This document shows, one piece after another, positions 49,342 through 58,745 of a stretch of 64,000 nt of DNA. The notes under the pieces are model-generated. The model worked only from the letters and a program-made list of their open reading frames with translations, searched no databases and was not told where the DNA came from. Origin of the DNA: Candidatus Thorarchaeota archaeon (GTDB taxonomy: Archaea > Asgardarchaeota > Thorarchaeia > Thorarchaeales > Thorarchaeaceae); the NCBI GenBank assembly GCA_011364985.1, contig RDOC01000002.1, positions 96,001-160,000 on the forward strand, given 5' to 3'. Every line of letters begins with the position of its first letter. The first letter of the stretch is position 1. The translations under genes and the position numbers were made by a program.

Positions 49342-51260
49342 GTGACGATACAAGATACAAGAAACTTGGCCTGAGAGTTGGTCTTGAGCTACACCAACAA
49401 CTTGATACTTCAAGGAAACTCTATTGTCACTGTCCAACAACAATTCGAGATGATGACCCTCATGGTGGCTTTGTAAGAAGACTGAGACCAACGCAGAGCG
49501 AGATGGGTGAAATTGATCCGGCAGCCCTATTCGAATTTCAACAAAAGAAACAATTCTATTACGAGTATTACAATGATACGACGTGTCTTGTCGAGGCAGA
49601 CGAAGAACCTCCACATGAATTATGCGATGAAGCCATCGACATTTGTCTTATCATGGCAGATTTTCTGAAATCAAGGCCTGTCGATGAAATCCATCCTATG
49701 AGGAAGATTGTAATTGACGGAAGCAATACCACAGGTTTCCAACGGACTTGCATTGTGGCCACAGGCGGAAGTCTTCAATTTGGCGAGAAATCAATCGGAA
49801 TTCAGACAATTTGCCTTGAGGAAGATGCAGCTAGGAAAATCGCTGAAAAGGACAATATGCGTGTGTACAGACTTGACCGGCTCGGTATTCCGCTTATTGA
49901 AATAGCTACTGCACCAGATATACACACACCCTCCGAGACACAAGAAGTGGCTCTGAAAATCGGGCTTCTATTAAGATCGACAGGAAAAGTCAAACGCGGA
50001 CTGGGCACAATTCGTCAAGATGTTAATGTATCTATTAGTGGGGGAGCAATTACTGAAATTAAGGGATTTCAACAGCTGGATATGCTATCTAATCTTGTTG
50101 AAATGGAAGCGCTTCGGCAAGAACGACTATTGGAGATACATCAACAACTTGTAGAACGAGGAATATCTCCCAATGACATCGAAGGGAAGATTCACGATGT
50201 GAGTGATGCATTCTCAGGCACCGAGGCGAGAATAATCAGAAAGGCACTAAATTCAGGTGGGGTTGTTCTGGCAGTCAATCTCCAAGGGTTTCATGGACTT
50301 CTGGGAAAAGAAATTCAGCCTAGCAGGAGACTTGGAACAGAGCTATCAGATTATGCGAAATTCTGGGGACAAGTAGGAGGGATCTTTCATACTGATGAAC
50401 TCCCCAAATATGGAATATCAAACGAAGATGTATCTATGCTGCGTACAAAAGCGAATGCAGAAGACCTTGATGCCGTGGTCATGGTGGCAGCTCCAAAGGC
50501 TAATGCAGTTTCTGCATTGAATGCAGTAGTCGATAGGGCACGACAAGCTACAATTGGAATACCAACAGAAACGAGAACTCCGCTGCCTGATGCGACCACT
50601 ATGTATGCTCGTCCTCGCCCTGGTGCCCAAAGAATGTATCCAGAAACAGATGTCAGACCTGTACAGATTTCACAGCAGCATTTGAAGAAAATTACGAGAT
50701 CTATACCTGAAACCCTTGAAAAGAAAGGGAAACGATTCATCACTGAAATTGGTCTCAGTGAAGAGCTGGCTTCCCAGATGGTTAAGTCTACCAACTTGGA
50801 GCTCTTTGAGAGAATAATTGCAGATTCAGATGTCTCACCCACACTTGTTGCAGCTACTCTTGAGAACACCCTAGTAAGTCTACATAGGGTTGGTGTTCCC
50901 ATAGAACAACTGCAAGATTCGCACATATTGTCCCTTTTCGAATATGTATCAAAAGATAAGATTTCAGCGGAAGCCATTCCACGTATTCTAACTCACTTGT
51001 CAATCAATCCAAGAAGCAATATTGAGGATGCTTTGAGTGCTACGAATCTTGAAATGATAACGGAAGATGAACTCAAGCAAATCATTCGAAACATTGTTGC
51101 GAGTCGAACTGACTTTGTCTGGGAGCGAAAAGAAACCGCTGTGGGGGGTCTCATGGGCCTGGCCATGAAAGAACTCAGAGGAAAAGCCGATGGAAAGACT
51201 GTCAGACGTCTTATCATCCAAGAAATCAAAAGAATTCTTGCAGAAAAACGACAGTCTTGA
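49338..51260 (+). CDS. gatE: Glu-tRNA(Gln) amidotransferase subunit E
   Basis: GLELHQQL, DGSNTTGFQRT, GTIRQDVNVSI, RMYPETD. Confidence 0.96.
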   Translation: MSDDTRYKKLGLRVGLELHQQLDTSRKLYCHCPTTIRDDDPHGGFVRRLRPTQSEMGEIDPAALFEFQQKKQFYYEYYNDTTCLVEADEEPPHELCDEAIDICLIMADFLKSRPVDEIHPMRKIVIDGSNTTGFQRTCIVATGGSLQFGEKSIGIQTICLEEDAARKIAEKDNMRVYRLDRLGIPLIEIATAPDIHTPSETQEVALKIGLLLRSTGKVKRGLGTIRQDVNVSISGGAITEIKGFQQLDMLSNLVEMEALRQERLLEIHQQLVERGISPNDIEGKIHDVSDAFSGTEARIIRKALNSGGVVLAVNLQGFHGLLGKEIQPSRRLGTELSDYAKFWGQVGGIFHTDELPKYGISNEDVSMLRTKANAEDLDAVVMVAAPKANAVSALNAVVDRARQATIGIPTETRTPLPDATTMYARPRPGAQRMYPETDVRPVQISQQHLKKITRSIPETLEKKGKRFITEIGLSEELASQMVKSTNLELFERIIADSDVSPTLVAATLENTLVSLHRVGVPIEQLQDSHILSLFEYVSKDKISAEAIPRILTHLSINPRSNIEDALSATNLEMITEDELKQIIRNIVASRTDFVWERKETAVGGLMGLAMKELRGKADGKTVRRLIIQEIKRILAEKRQS

Positions 51261-51346
51261 AATGATAAGAATAACTTTAATAGTAGAGCCCAGAGTGCTG
51301 CTCGAACAGACCAAAGGATTCAATGAGATTCTTTTGTCTGATACGA

Positions 51347-51515
51347 GCCGCAGTGGCCTAGCCTGGCAGGGCGCGAGACTCATAATCTGACTGGAGTTCC
51401 CGGTCAAAAATACGGGGTCAGTTCTCAGCCCAAGCTTTGTTGAGGCATCTCGAAGTCGTGGGCTCGAAACTCCGTTACGTTACGTGATGGGGCGAACATC
51501 CCACCTGCGGCACCA
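51347..51515 (+). tRNA. Elongator tRNA-Met(CAT) with introns at 37/38 (51385-51446) and 59/60 (51469-51498)
   Basis: GCCGCAG/CTGCGGC acceptor (G1-C72, not initiator), CGAGA-CTCATAA-TCTCG after splicing, BHB at both introns. Confidence 0.88.
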
Positions 51516-51661
51516 CTCCTTACTCCTTTTTTCCTAAGTTCTGTTGTATCTAAAATCAAGATTCTTCTCTTCTAATCTAGAAAGCTGGGAAGCAATACTC
51601 AAAGTTGTTACAGCTAGAAGTTTCATTACGGGATTATTAGGAAAAATACAGACAAAGAACC

Positions 51662-51925
51662 ATGACAGCTGAGAAATGGAAGATACTAGGAGGGAGGGTC
51701 TTCAAGCTAGTTGATATTTTCGAAGACCCAATCGAAGCAATTGAGCTAGCAAAAGAGATCAAACAAGAAAAACAAGTGTTCCTTCACCGTACTGACAATG
51801 GTGTCTGGGCTGTCTATTGGAGAAACAAGGAAGAAATTCCTAGGTGTCCTTCTAAGCTCTATAGCGTAGCACAAGAGAATTCAAGTAGGAGTATAATAGA
51901 TACATCATCAAACCAAGACATATGA
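51662..51925 (+). CDS. Small hypothetical protein
   Basis: 87-aa ORF overlapping the next ORF (ATGA). Confidence 0.6.
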   Translation: MTAEKWKILGGRVFKLVDIFEDPIEAIELAKEIKQEKQVFLHRTDNGVWAVYWRNKEEIPRCPSKLYSVAQENSSRSIIDTSSNQDI

Positions 51926-52233
51926 CAATAGACTCGAATCTCACAGTACTCAATCTTGACGAAAGACGAATTGCAATCGAGTCATTTGGAAAAATGATCA
52001 CAGAGGGTTTGACTTCTCACTTCGAGAGTCTATTGAGAAAATATAGTATGTTTGGCACTATTGACATAACAGAATGGACAATTCCCGCAATCCGCACCCT
52101 GCTTCTAGTATGCAGAGGTAAGGAACAAACAATTCACCTGAAATACAAGGATCGATATATAGCAACAGCAAATTATCCCAGAGGAAATATCTCCAATCAG
52201 TTTGTTGAAATGATAATGGGTGGAAATCACTGA
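51922..52233 (+). CDS. Small hypothetical protein
   Basis: 103-aa ORF translationally coupled to the previous one. Confidence 0.55.
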   Translation: MTIDSNLTVLNLDERRIAIESFGKMITEGLTSHFESLLRKYSMFGTIDITEWTIPAIRTLLLVCRGKEQTIHLKYKDRYIATANYPRGNISNQFVEMIMGGNH

Positions 52234-52312
52234 AAAAGGCATCCTCTGATACATGGCAAGATAACAAGTTCTTTATCCAAGATATTCTCCTGCACTGCAC
52301 AGGTGAGATAGC

Positions 52313-53518
52313 TTGTCTCTGCCATTCAAAACTATCGATGATGTAGAAATCGCTGGAAAACGGATACTGCTTCGTGTTGATATGAATTGCTCAGTTGACC
52401 CCGAAACCAAGATAATACTTGACGATTCAAGAATAGTTGCTCTTCTACCTACCCTTAGAGAGCTATCATCCGCTAAAGTCGTGTTGATGGCTCATCAAGG
52501 CCGCCCTGGGAGTGATGACTTCATTTCCCTACAGCAACATACACAGATCTTGAAGAACTATGGGATAAATGCCTCCTTTGTTGATGACATCTTCGGAGAT
52601 AAGGCCAAGAACGCGATTCGAAATGTGCAAGTCGGAGAGGTACTCGTTCTTCAAAACGTAAGATGTTTCGATGGAGAACTCAAGACAGGCCCTGCAAAAG
52701 AGGTTGCTAAGGAATCCATTGTACAAGAGCTTTATCCATTATTCGACCTATTCATTAATGATGCATTCGGAGCAGCACACCGGTCTCAACCTTCTTTGGT
52801 TGGATTCACAGCTGTTCTCCCCTCGGTAGCAGGCAGACTTGTCGAAAAGGAGATTCGCACACTCACGGATGCTACAGCCACGGATCGGCATCCTTGGACA
52901 TTGGTTCTTGGCGGCAGCAAGATAGAAGACAAGATTAAAACACTGGAGAAACTTCTTGCAGTAGGTCGAATAGACAATGCCCTGCTAGGCGGCTTAGTGG
53001 GTACGCTGTTTCTCATAACCAAAGGCAAGATTTCTGAGAGCTATTCTGCTTCCATAAAGGGTTTTGACGATATAGCGGCAAGGGCAAAGAAAATCTTAGG
53101 ATCATATTCTGATATTATTCAACTTCCCATAGATGCTGCAGTTGAAAAAAAGGGTCAAAGAATTGAATGCGATTTCGACAAAATGAATGACGCTCCGTTC
53201 TTTGACATTGGCCCAAAGACTGTTGCGAGCTTTGCCGACACAATCACCAAGTCAGCTGTTGTGTTTGCAAATGGTCCGATGGGCTTCTTTGAAAAAGAAG
53301 CTTTCGCGATTGGAACGTCAGAAATTCTTGATGCAATTGCTGCGTGTCAAGGAATCACTGTTGTTGGTGGCGGTCATATGGGTGCCATGGCCAAAGCAAA
53401 GAAGATAGAAGACAAAATCACTCACATCAGCACCGGGGGCGGAGCAACTATCAACTTTCTCACAGGCAAGAAGCTCGATCTTATCGTTGCTCTTGAAGAA
53501 GCAGCAAGACGGATGTGA
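52313..53518 (+). CDS. pgk: Phosphoglycerate kinase
   Basis: RVDMN, HQGRPG, NDAFGAAHR, NGPMG, HISTGGGA. Confidence 0.96.
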   Translation: MSLPFKTIDDVEIAGKRILLRVDMNCSVDPETKIILDDSRIVALLPTLRELSSAKVVLMAHQGRPGSDDFISLQQHTQILKNYGINASFVDDIFGDKAKNAIRNVQVGEVLVLQNVRCFDGELKTGPAKEVAKESIVQELYPLFDLFINDAFGAAHRSQPSLVGFTAVLPSVAGRLVEKEIRTLTDATATDRHPWTLVLGGSKIEDKIKTLEKLLAVGRIDNALLGGLVGTLFLITKGKISESYSASIKGFDDIAARAKKILGSYSDIIQLPIDAAVEKKGQRIECDFDKMNDAPFFDIGPKTVASFADTITKSAVVFANGPMGFFEKEAFAIGTSEILDAIAACQGITVVGGGHMGAMAKAKKIEDKITHISTGGGATINFLTGKKLDLIVALEEAARRM

Positions 53519-53798
53519 ACGAATGAATGCGATTGCCTATTGAACCTGTCCTAGTTGTTGTTCTATCCTATATTTAATACTGAATGTAATTTCTCTCATG
53601 GCAATGTGGTAGGACAAAAGAAGAGCAAAGAGAGATGAGTGGTGTGTTGCTGAGGCAACTCAGCTCTTTTTCATTCTTGTTGGTGAAGACCTTGGACTTG
53701 TTCTTGCAATGTACAAGTTCAGACACAAGACCCAGAAGCGGACCTAAAGCCCAATACAAACTGATTAGTGCTTTGGCATCGAATGGATGATAGAGAAA

Positions 53799-53953
53799 TG
53801 GAGCCCCAGGCGAGATTTGAACTCGCGATCTCCTGATTTCTTAGTCGGCAGAAGCACTTACGACATACAAGTCAGGCGCAGTGTCGACCTGCAATATTTG
53901 TCATCCCAAACACAGGGGCAGAATATCACAGTAGGCCGCTTTGCTACTGGGGC
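53799..53953 (-). tRNA. tRNA-Thr(TGT) with introns at 20b/21 (53883-53932) and 37/38 (53838-53865)
   Basis: GCCCCAG/CTGGGGC acceptor, CCTGA-CTTGTAA-TCAGG after splicing; BHB helices CGGC/GTCG and CTTG/TAAG. Confidence 0.88.
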
Positions 53954-54031
53954 ATTATTCACTGCCCATTCTTCAACTCATTATAGAGTTTTCGCAGTAT
54001 GACAGAACTCATGACAACCAGTTCTATTTAC

Positions 54032-54760
54032 TCAACGAACTACTTGGGATAGGAGAGCTAGTTCAATCTCAATATCATACCAGCTATAGATGTCTGTAAT
54101 GAAATGTGAACCATACTTACCATATGTAAAGTATCCCTCAATTAAACATCCATTTTCAAGAGATACAATCGCCTGTACCCAGTATTCTATCTCCACACCT
54201 CCATAAACATCTACAATTTGAAAATGGCTATCAAATAGCTTTGCATATTGATCATTCCCTAAGCAGATAACATCAATCAGAGGGTCTTGATATAACTCGT
54301 CTAAGAATGACCATCCACCAATTGGCAGCAACCCAGTAGAAATGAGAAGATTCAATCATCTCTTACTTTCTATTGAAATCTCGGTACCAATCACAAAACC
54401 ACAGTCCACCTTGTCGGTACGAACGAATTCTCCAAAGGAACTCCTGTTTATTTCCTCTGGAACTCTTGGCAAATTGAGAATACGAGCTACAATTACTGAG
54501 TTGTTTATGGCTGCAATTAACAGTGGACTTTCGTAGTAAATCAGTGTTTCATTGACGGAGTCATACTCATAGATGATATCAACTCTACGGATAATTACCG
54601 AATAGGCAAATTTGTCGTTGATAGATACTGCCCATTGAAAGTCAAATCTCTGATTCAGTCTGGGCTGGACAAAAAAGAACACATCTACTGAAGCTACGAG
54701 TAGCAACCCAATGACGAATATGCTTCTGACCACTGATGAACGTTTCATCACTTTATCCAA
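54032..54760 (-). pseudogene. Membrane-anchored hypothetical protein interrupted by an in-frame TGA
   Basis: ORF 54356-54760 ends in TGA and ORF 54032-54355 continues in the same frame with no gap. Confidence 0.55.
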
Positions 54761-54891
54761 TAATACATAAATGTCATTTCTACCTATCTAACCTTAGTAC
54801 AGTCGATTATCTCTAACTTCCCATTGACCCACCTTTGGGAATTCGCTTGTAATATCGCTTCAAGAAAACTGATGTGTAACATCTTGGAGCA

Positions 54892-55464
54892 TCATTTGTC
54901 GTGGTAGATATTATCAATAATAATTGCATAGGCCAAAAGCATCAGTCTGTCAACGTCCGTGTCTTCTATATGTATGGCATAACGGTCCTTGAAATTAAAA
55001 CTAAGCGCAAACACGTCACGCCACCTATCTGCCTTTTTTATCACAGCATACTTCTTTTTCCTATCAACAGCATCAATTATCTCGAAGTTCCATTTTGTCA
55101 CTCCACCTTGTGCCTTGTATACATGAACATCATTATGATCATAGAAGTCAACAGAGTCTCTGAGGGCGACTAGCGGTCTCTTAGCTCTACCAATCAGCTC
55201 ATCATTTGGATTCTTGACGTCATAAATTGGACGGGCGCTAATCAATTTCTTATTGATTGTACAGAGGAGAGTTTCATCTGGGTCATACAACTGAATCTCA
55301 GCTCGCATTGAAAGGAGTCTTCTTTTCATGGAGCCAACTTTGTTACAGTGTTGGTCGTAGATTTCTCCACCACCAAACTTCCAAGTTTTTTCGTGCAACA
55401 CATAAAAACTAATTGTCGGATCGAGCAGACTCATTGAATTCATTTTCTGTTGTCCATTATTCAT
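54892..55464 (-). CDS. LURP-one / scramblase / Tubby-C-like protein
   Basis: Repeated YDxxxxxIG strands and C-terminal helix DRLMLLAYAIIID. Confidence 0.8.
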   Translation of the reverse strand: MNNGQQKMNSMSLLDPTISFYVLHEKTWKFGGGEIYDQHCNKVGSMKRRLLSMRAEIQLYDPDETLLCTINKKLISARPIYDVKNPNDELIGRAKRPLVALRDSVDFYDHNDVHVYKAQGGVTKWNFEIIDAVDRKKKYAVIKKADRWRDVFALSFNFKDRYAIHIEDTDVDRLMLLAYAIIIDNIYHDK

Positions 55465-55740
55465 GCTGTCATTTAAGCTAATGTCAGTTAGACTGACAAC
55501 TGTTTAGGAATGTAAAATATAGCCAAAAATAGGAAACTTGTCACTTTAATGAACACTGTTTCTTATCTATCACGAACATGTTTATCAGGTCAGATTCCAC
55601 AACAATTCTTGGCCAGTAGAGCCACATCTTGTGAAGCCTAGTGACACGTACGTGATACAAACCAAAAAAGCCTCACAAGAAAGCTAAAATACAGCACACG
55701 TGATGCGAACATTAGCCGACATGCTATAAGGTGATACCAG

Positions 55741-56721
55741 TTGCAATTCGCCCAACCTGAATATATGGATACATTCTTCCAATACATATTCGGTTTCTTC
55801 GACCGTTTATTCTCAACTCCTCTACAGCCCTGGATACCTTGGGGGCCTGGAGACTGGTACTTTACAATTTCGACAATATTCTTTGTCGTAGTTATTCTAT
55901 TCCTAGTTCGCAAGGTTCGAATGGGTGGAACTGGTTCCATGAGTGCGGGCGTCAGGAGGATAATCGCATCTACTGGTGATGTTTCAACGGGTATGTCTGG
56001 TGTGAAGAAAGTCAAGTTCCTTCAGACACCGGGCGATGCAATGGTTTTCCTAAAAATAGAGGAGAACGCCATTCAACAGGCTCTTTCTGCAATAAATTAC
56101 TACGCAGACCAAGGCGAGATAAATGAGAGTGTCAAACTCAAACTCGAAACTCTCTATCAACAGAGACTTGAATCTGTACGCCGATCAATAGCTGCAGATG
56201 AGCAGTTAAAGGAAGCCTTTGAAACTTCTACTGCAGCTGACAGCGCTCGAGAAGCATACCTCCGAAAGCTTGCAGCAATGACAGGAACTACAGTTGAGGA
56301 CGAAAGTGAAGTTGGTCCTCCTAGCGTAGGGCCACCTAGCGTAACAGAAACTATCCCGGCGACACGTCCTGCAGTTGAAGATGCCCCAGCGGGTGGTCCT
56401 CCGGGTGGGGCTATTCCTTCAGCCGGTCCTCCGGGCGGCGAAGCGCCTACAGGTGGTCCCCCAGGTGGCGGCGCTCCAATAGGTGGTCCTCCAGCGGGTG
56501 GTCCTCCAAGCGGCGGTGCTCCAATAGGTGGTCCTCCGGGCGGCGAAGCGCCTACAGGTGGTCCCCCAGGTGGCGGCGCTCCAATAGGTGGTCCTCCGGG
56601 CGGCGAAGCGCCTACAGGTGGTGTTCTTGAGGGGGTTCCAACAGCAGTAGGCGGAAAGAGCACACTGCAATCAGAGATGCTCAGAGAGATGGAACGGCTC
56701 AAAGAGCTCATGGGTGGATAG
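55741..56721 (+). CDS. Membrane-anchored protein with Gly/Pro-rich tandem repeats and a terminal amphipathic helix
   Basis: N-terminal TM, coiled coil, GGPPGGxAPx repeats, STLQSEMLREMERLKELMGG. Confidence 0.75.
   Translation: MQFAQPEYMDTFFQYIFGFFDRLFSTPLQPWIPWGPGDWYFTISTIFFVVVILFLVRKVRMGGTGSMSAGVRRIIASTGDVSTGMSGVKKVKFLQTPGDAMVFLKIEENAIQQALSAINYYADQGEINESVKLKLETLYQQRLESVRRSIAADEQLKEAFETSTAADSAREAYLRKLAAMTGTTVEDESEVGPPSVGPPSVTETIPATRPAVEDAPAGGPPGGAIPSAGPPGGEAPTGGPPGGGAPIGGPPAGGPPSGGAPIGGPPGGEAPTGGPPGGGAPIGGPPGGEAPTGGVLEGVPTAVGGKSTLQSEMLREMERLKELMGG
56386..56622 (+). repeat. Coding tandem repeat of ~30-nt units (GGPPGGEAPT / GGPPGGGAPI)
   Basis: Near-identical units GGTCCTCCGGGCGGCGAAGCGCCTACAGGT and GGTCCCCCAGGTGGCGGCGCTCCAATAGGT. 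Confidence 0.9.
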
Positions 56722-56804
56722 GTAGTACCTCAGATGCATCTAGACAACTTGGAAGCCTTTTTTTGGAGGCATAATGACCATACCACATCATATGGGGTTT
56801 CCTG

Positions 56805-57488
56805 ATGTCAACAGTCAAGCTAAACGCCGCAAAAAGCGCTGCAAAATTGGTCCCCACAACAGGTGCTCTTGGTCTGGGGAGCGGATCCACTGTCACATTC
56901 TTTGCTAAAGAGCTAGGAAAAATAGTTTCAACAAGAAACGCGGACATTCGAGTCGTACCCAGCTCCTATCAAGCATACCAGCTTGCTATCGAACATAGGA
57001 TACCGCTGACTAATCTTGACATAGATCCAATTCTTGAGCTGACAGTAGATGGCGCCGACGAAGTGGACAAGGACCTGAACCTTACAAAGGGTGGCGGTGG
57101 AGCACTACTTCAAGAGAAGGTTGTCGCATCTGCTTCGAAAAAGGTAGTAATCATTGTGGATGAGTCAAAGCTGGTTGATAGGCTTGCGACTCGTTTTGAA
57201 ATACCAGTAGAGGTACTTCCTTTCTCTCTCGGAGTAGTAAAACGAAAAATAGCTGAAATGGGGATATTGCCCAAAATACGAGAGGCTCAAAAGAAGATGG
57301 GCCCCGTTGTCACAGATAATGGAAACTTCATCCTAGACCTTAAGTTTCCAGAACCTATCACTAATCCTGCAAAGGTTGCTATTGACTTAAAGATGATACC
57401 AGGCGTTGTTGAAACCGGTCTATTCATAGGAATGACCGATGAGGTACACGTAGGAACTGAGAAAGGTTCTTACATACTCAAGAAGTAA
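56805..57488 (+). CDS. rpiA: Ribose-5-phosphate isomerase A
   Basis: GLGSGST, DGADEVD, KGGGGAL, VVTDNGN, PGVVETG. Confidence 0.96.
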   Translation: MSTVKLNAAKSAAKLVPTTGALGLGSGSTVTFFAKELGKIVSTRNADIRVVPSSYQAYQLAIEHRIPLTNLDIDPILELTVDGADEVDKDLNLTKGGGGALLQEKVVASASKKVVIIVDESKLVDRLATRFEIPVEVLPFSLGVVKRKIAEMGILPKIREAQKKMGPVVTDNGNFILDLKFPEPITNPAKVAIDLKMIPGVVETGLFIGMTDEVHVGTEKGSYILKK

Positions 57489-58602
57489 CTTTGTCGTTCT
57501 CGAACATATTCCGGAGTTTCGGATATCGTTTCGGTTTTGATAGTACATCAGTAGAGTTGACAAATTGATCCACCCCCCCGAGAAACTTTGGAAGTGACAG
57601 GACTTTTTCATCTTGAATTGTTTCATAGATTGCATCCGCAAACTTGTCTGCTTGAATAATTAAGAAGGGTCGATTGTGAAAATTGGACACCTTGGTTTCC
57701 ATAGGCTTTGTGATACCAAGGTCATTGTGCATCCCAACAACCACTTCGTATGCTTCTGTCAGTCGTTTCTCTCGTTCTCTCCATGAAGTTGCTTCAAACA
57801 CACGTTCAAGGATTGGTGTCAAAACACCTGCAATCCTAAGCTGCGAAAAAGCTGTTCCAAACCATTTGATATATGGTGCATACTGCTTCTCCATCAAGAA
57901 ACAAAGCTTCATGATGTCGTATACCAGTCTAGAACCAACAACACGAGAGCCTAACTCATCTCCTACCTGCCCGCACCGTCCCATGAAGGCTTCTTCTTGA
58001 GCAATCCGCCGCCATTGAGTTGACAAGAGATACAGCCACACGTCATTAGGATAGTATGACAGTTTCCCAAGAATAGATTGCAATTTTTCGAGTCCATCAT
58101 GGAAAATTCGGCCACTTACAATGCTTTGTAATCGTTGTTCAGGAAGCACAACCCAATCTATTGGATTCATCTTCTCAAGTGGATTTACAGTAAGATATCT
58201 CTCAAAGAAATCCCTGATTGTAACTATCTCGGCTCTATGATTGAGCGGTCTATCATCAGAGAGCTGCATAACAATAGTACCATCATCATGGTAGCCAAAG
58301 TTTATCGGGAAACCACGAATCTCAGTGGGTAAGTTGTGACCGAGAAAACTGTCTAGAGATTCGTGGTATTTATCATAGTTCTTCTCCCCAAGAAAAATCA
58401 ATACCTTTGGTCCCCAATCGTGATCCATAGACTGCTCTGTGTCAAAACCTAGTACATCCGACCCAGAACCCAAATGACCTGCTGAGTATACAAGATTCGG
58501 AAACTCTGACTCTAGGAGCGGTTTAACAGCTTCCTCGTAGAAAACATGGCTAAGGTCTAGTCCTTTCATAAACCGGTCAGCTGAAGGATATTCTGGACTC
58601 AT
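57478..58602 (-). CDS. DUF4037-like nucleotidyltransferase-fold protein
   Basis: GSGSDVLGFD...DHDWGP, YAPYIKW motifs. Confidence 0.75.
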   Translation of the reverse strand: MSPEYPSADRFMKGLDLSHVFYEEAVKPLLESEFPNLVYSAGHLGSGSDVLGFDTEQSMDHDWGPKVLIFLGEKNYDKYHESLDSFLGHNLPTEIRGFPINFGYHDDGTIVMQLSDDRPLNHRAEIVTIRDFFERYLTVNPLEKMNPIDWVVLPEQRLQSIVSGRIFHDGLEKLQSILGKLSYYPNDVWLYLLSTQWRRIAQEEAFMGRCGQVGDELGSRVVGSRLVYDIMKLCFLMEKQYAPYIKWFGTAFSQLRIAGVLTPILERVFEATSWREREKRLTEAYEVVVGMHNDLGITKPMETKVSNFHNRPFLIIQADKFADAIYETIQDEKVLSLPKFLGGVDQFVNSTDVLSKPKRYPKLRNMFENDKVTS

Positions 58603-58626
58603 ACTTGATTCCCCACAGAAGGAGAG

Positions 58627-58704
58627 TGGCGGGCCCGCCCGGATTCGAACCGGGGATTACTAACTTAGGAGGCTAGTGCCCTATCCAGGCTAGGCCACGG
58701 GCCC
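58627..58704 (-). tRNA. tRNA-Arg(CCT), intronless
   Basis: GGGCCCG acceptor, CTAGC-CTCCTAA-GTTAG, GCCA end. Confidence 0.95.
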
Positions 58705-58745
58705 TTGAAATTAACCAAGCTATTATTTTGTTGTTAAAGCTTTTG

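Noticed and set aside
51347-51515. Initiator tRNA-Met or tRNA-Ile(CAT)
   Set aside because: G1-C72 and no three G-C anticodon-stem pairs argue against initiator; the GCC acceptor start fits elongator Met better than Ile2
56157-56711. Antisense 184-aa Gly/Pro ORF
   Set aside because: Shadow of the GC-rich coding repeat on the plus strand
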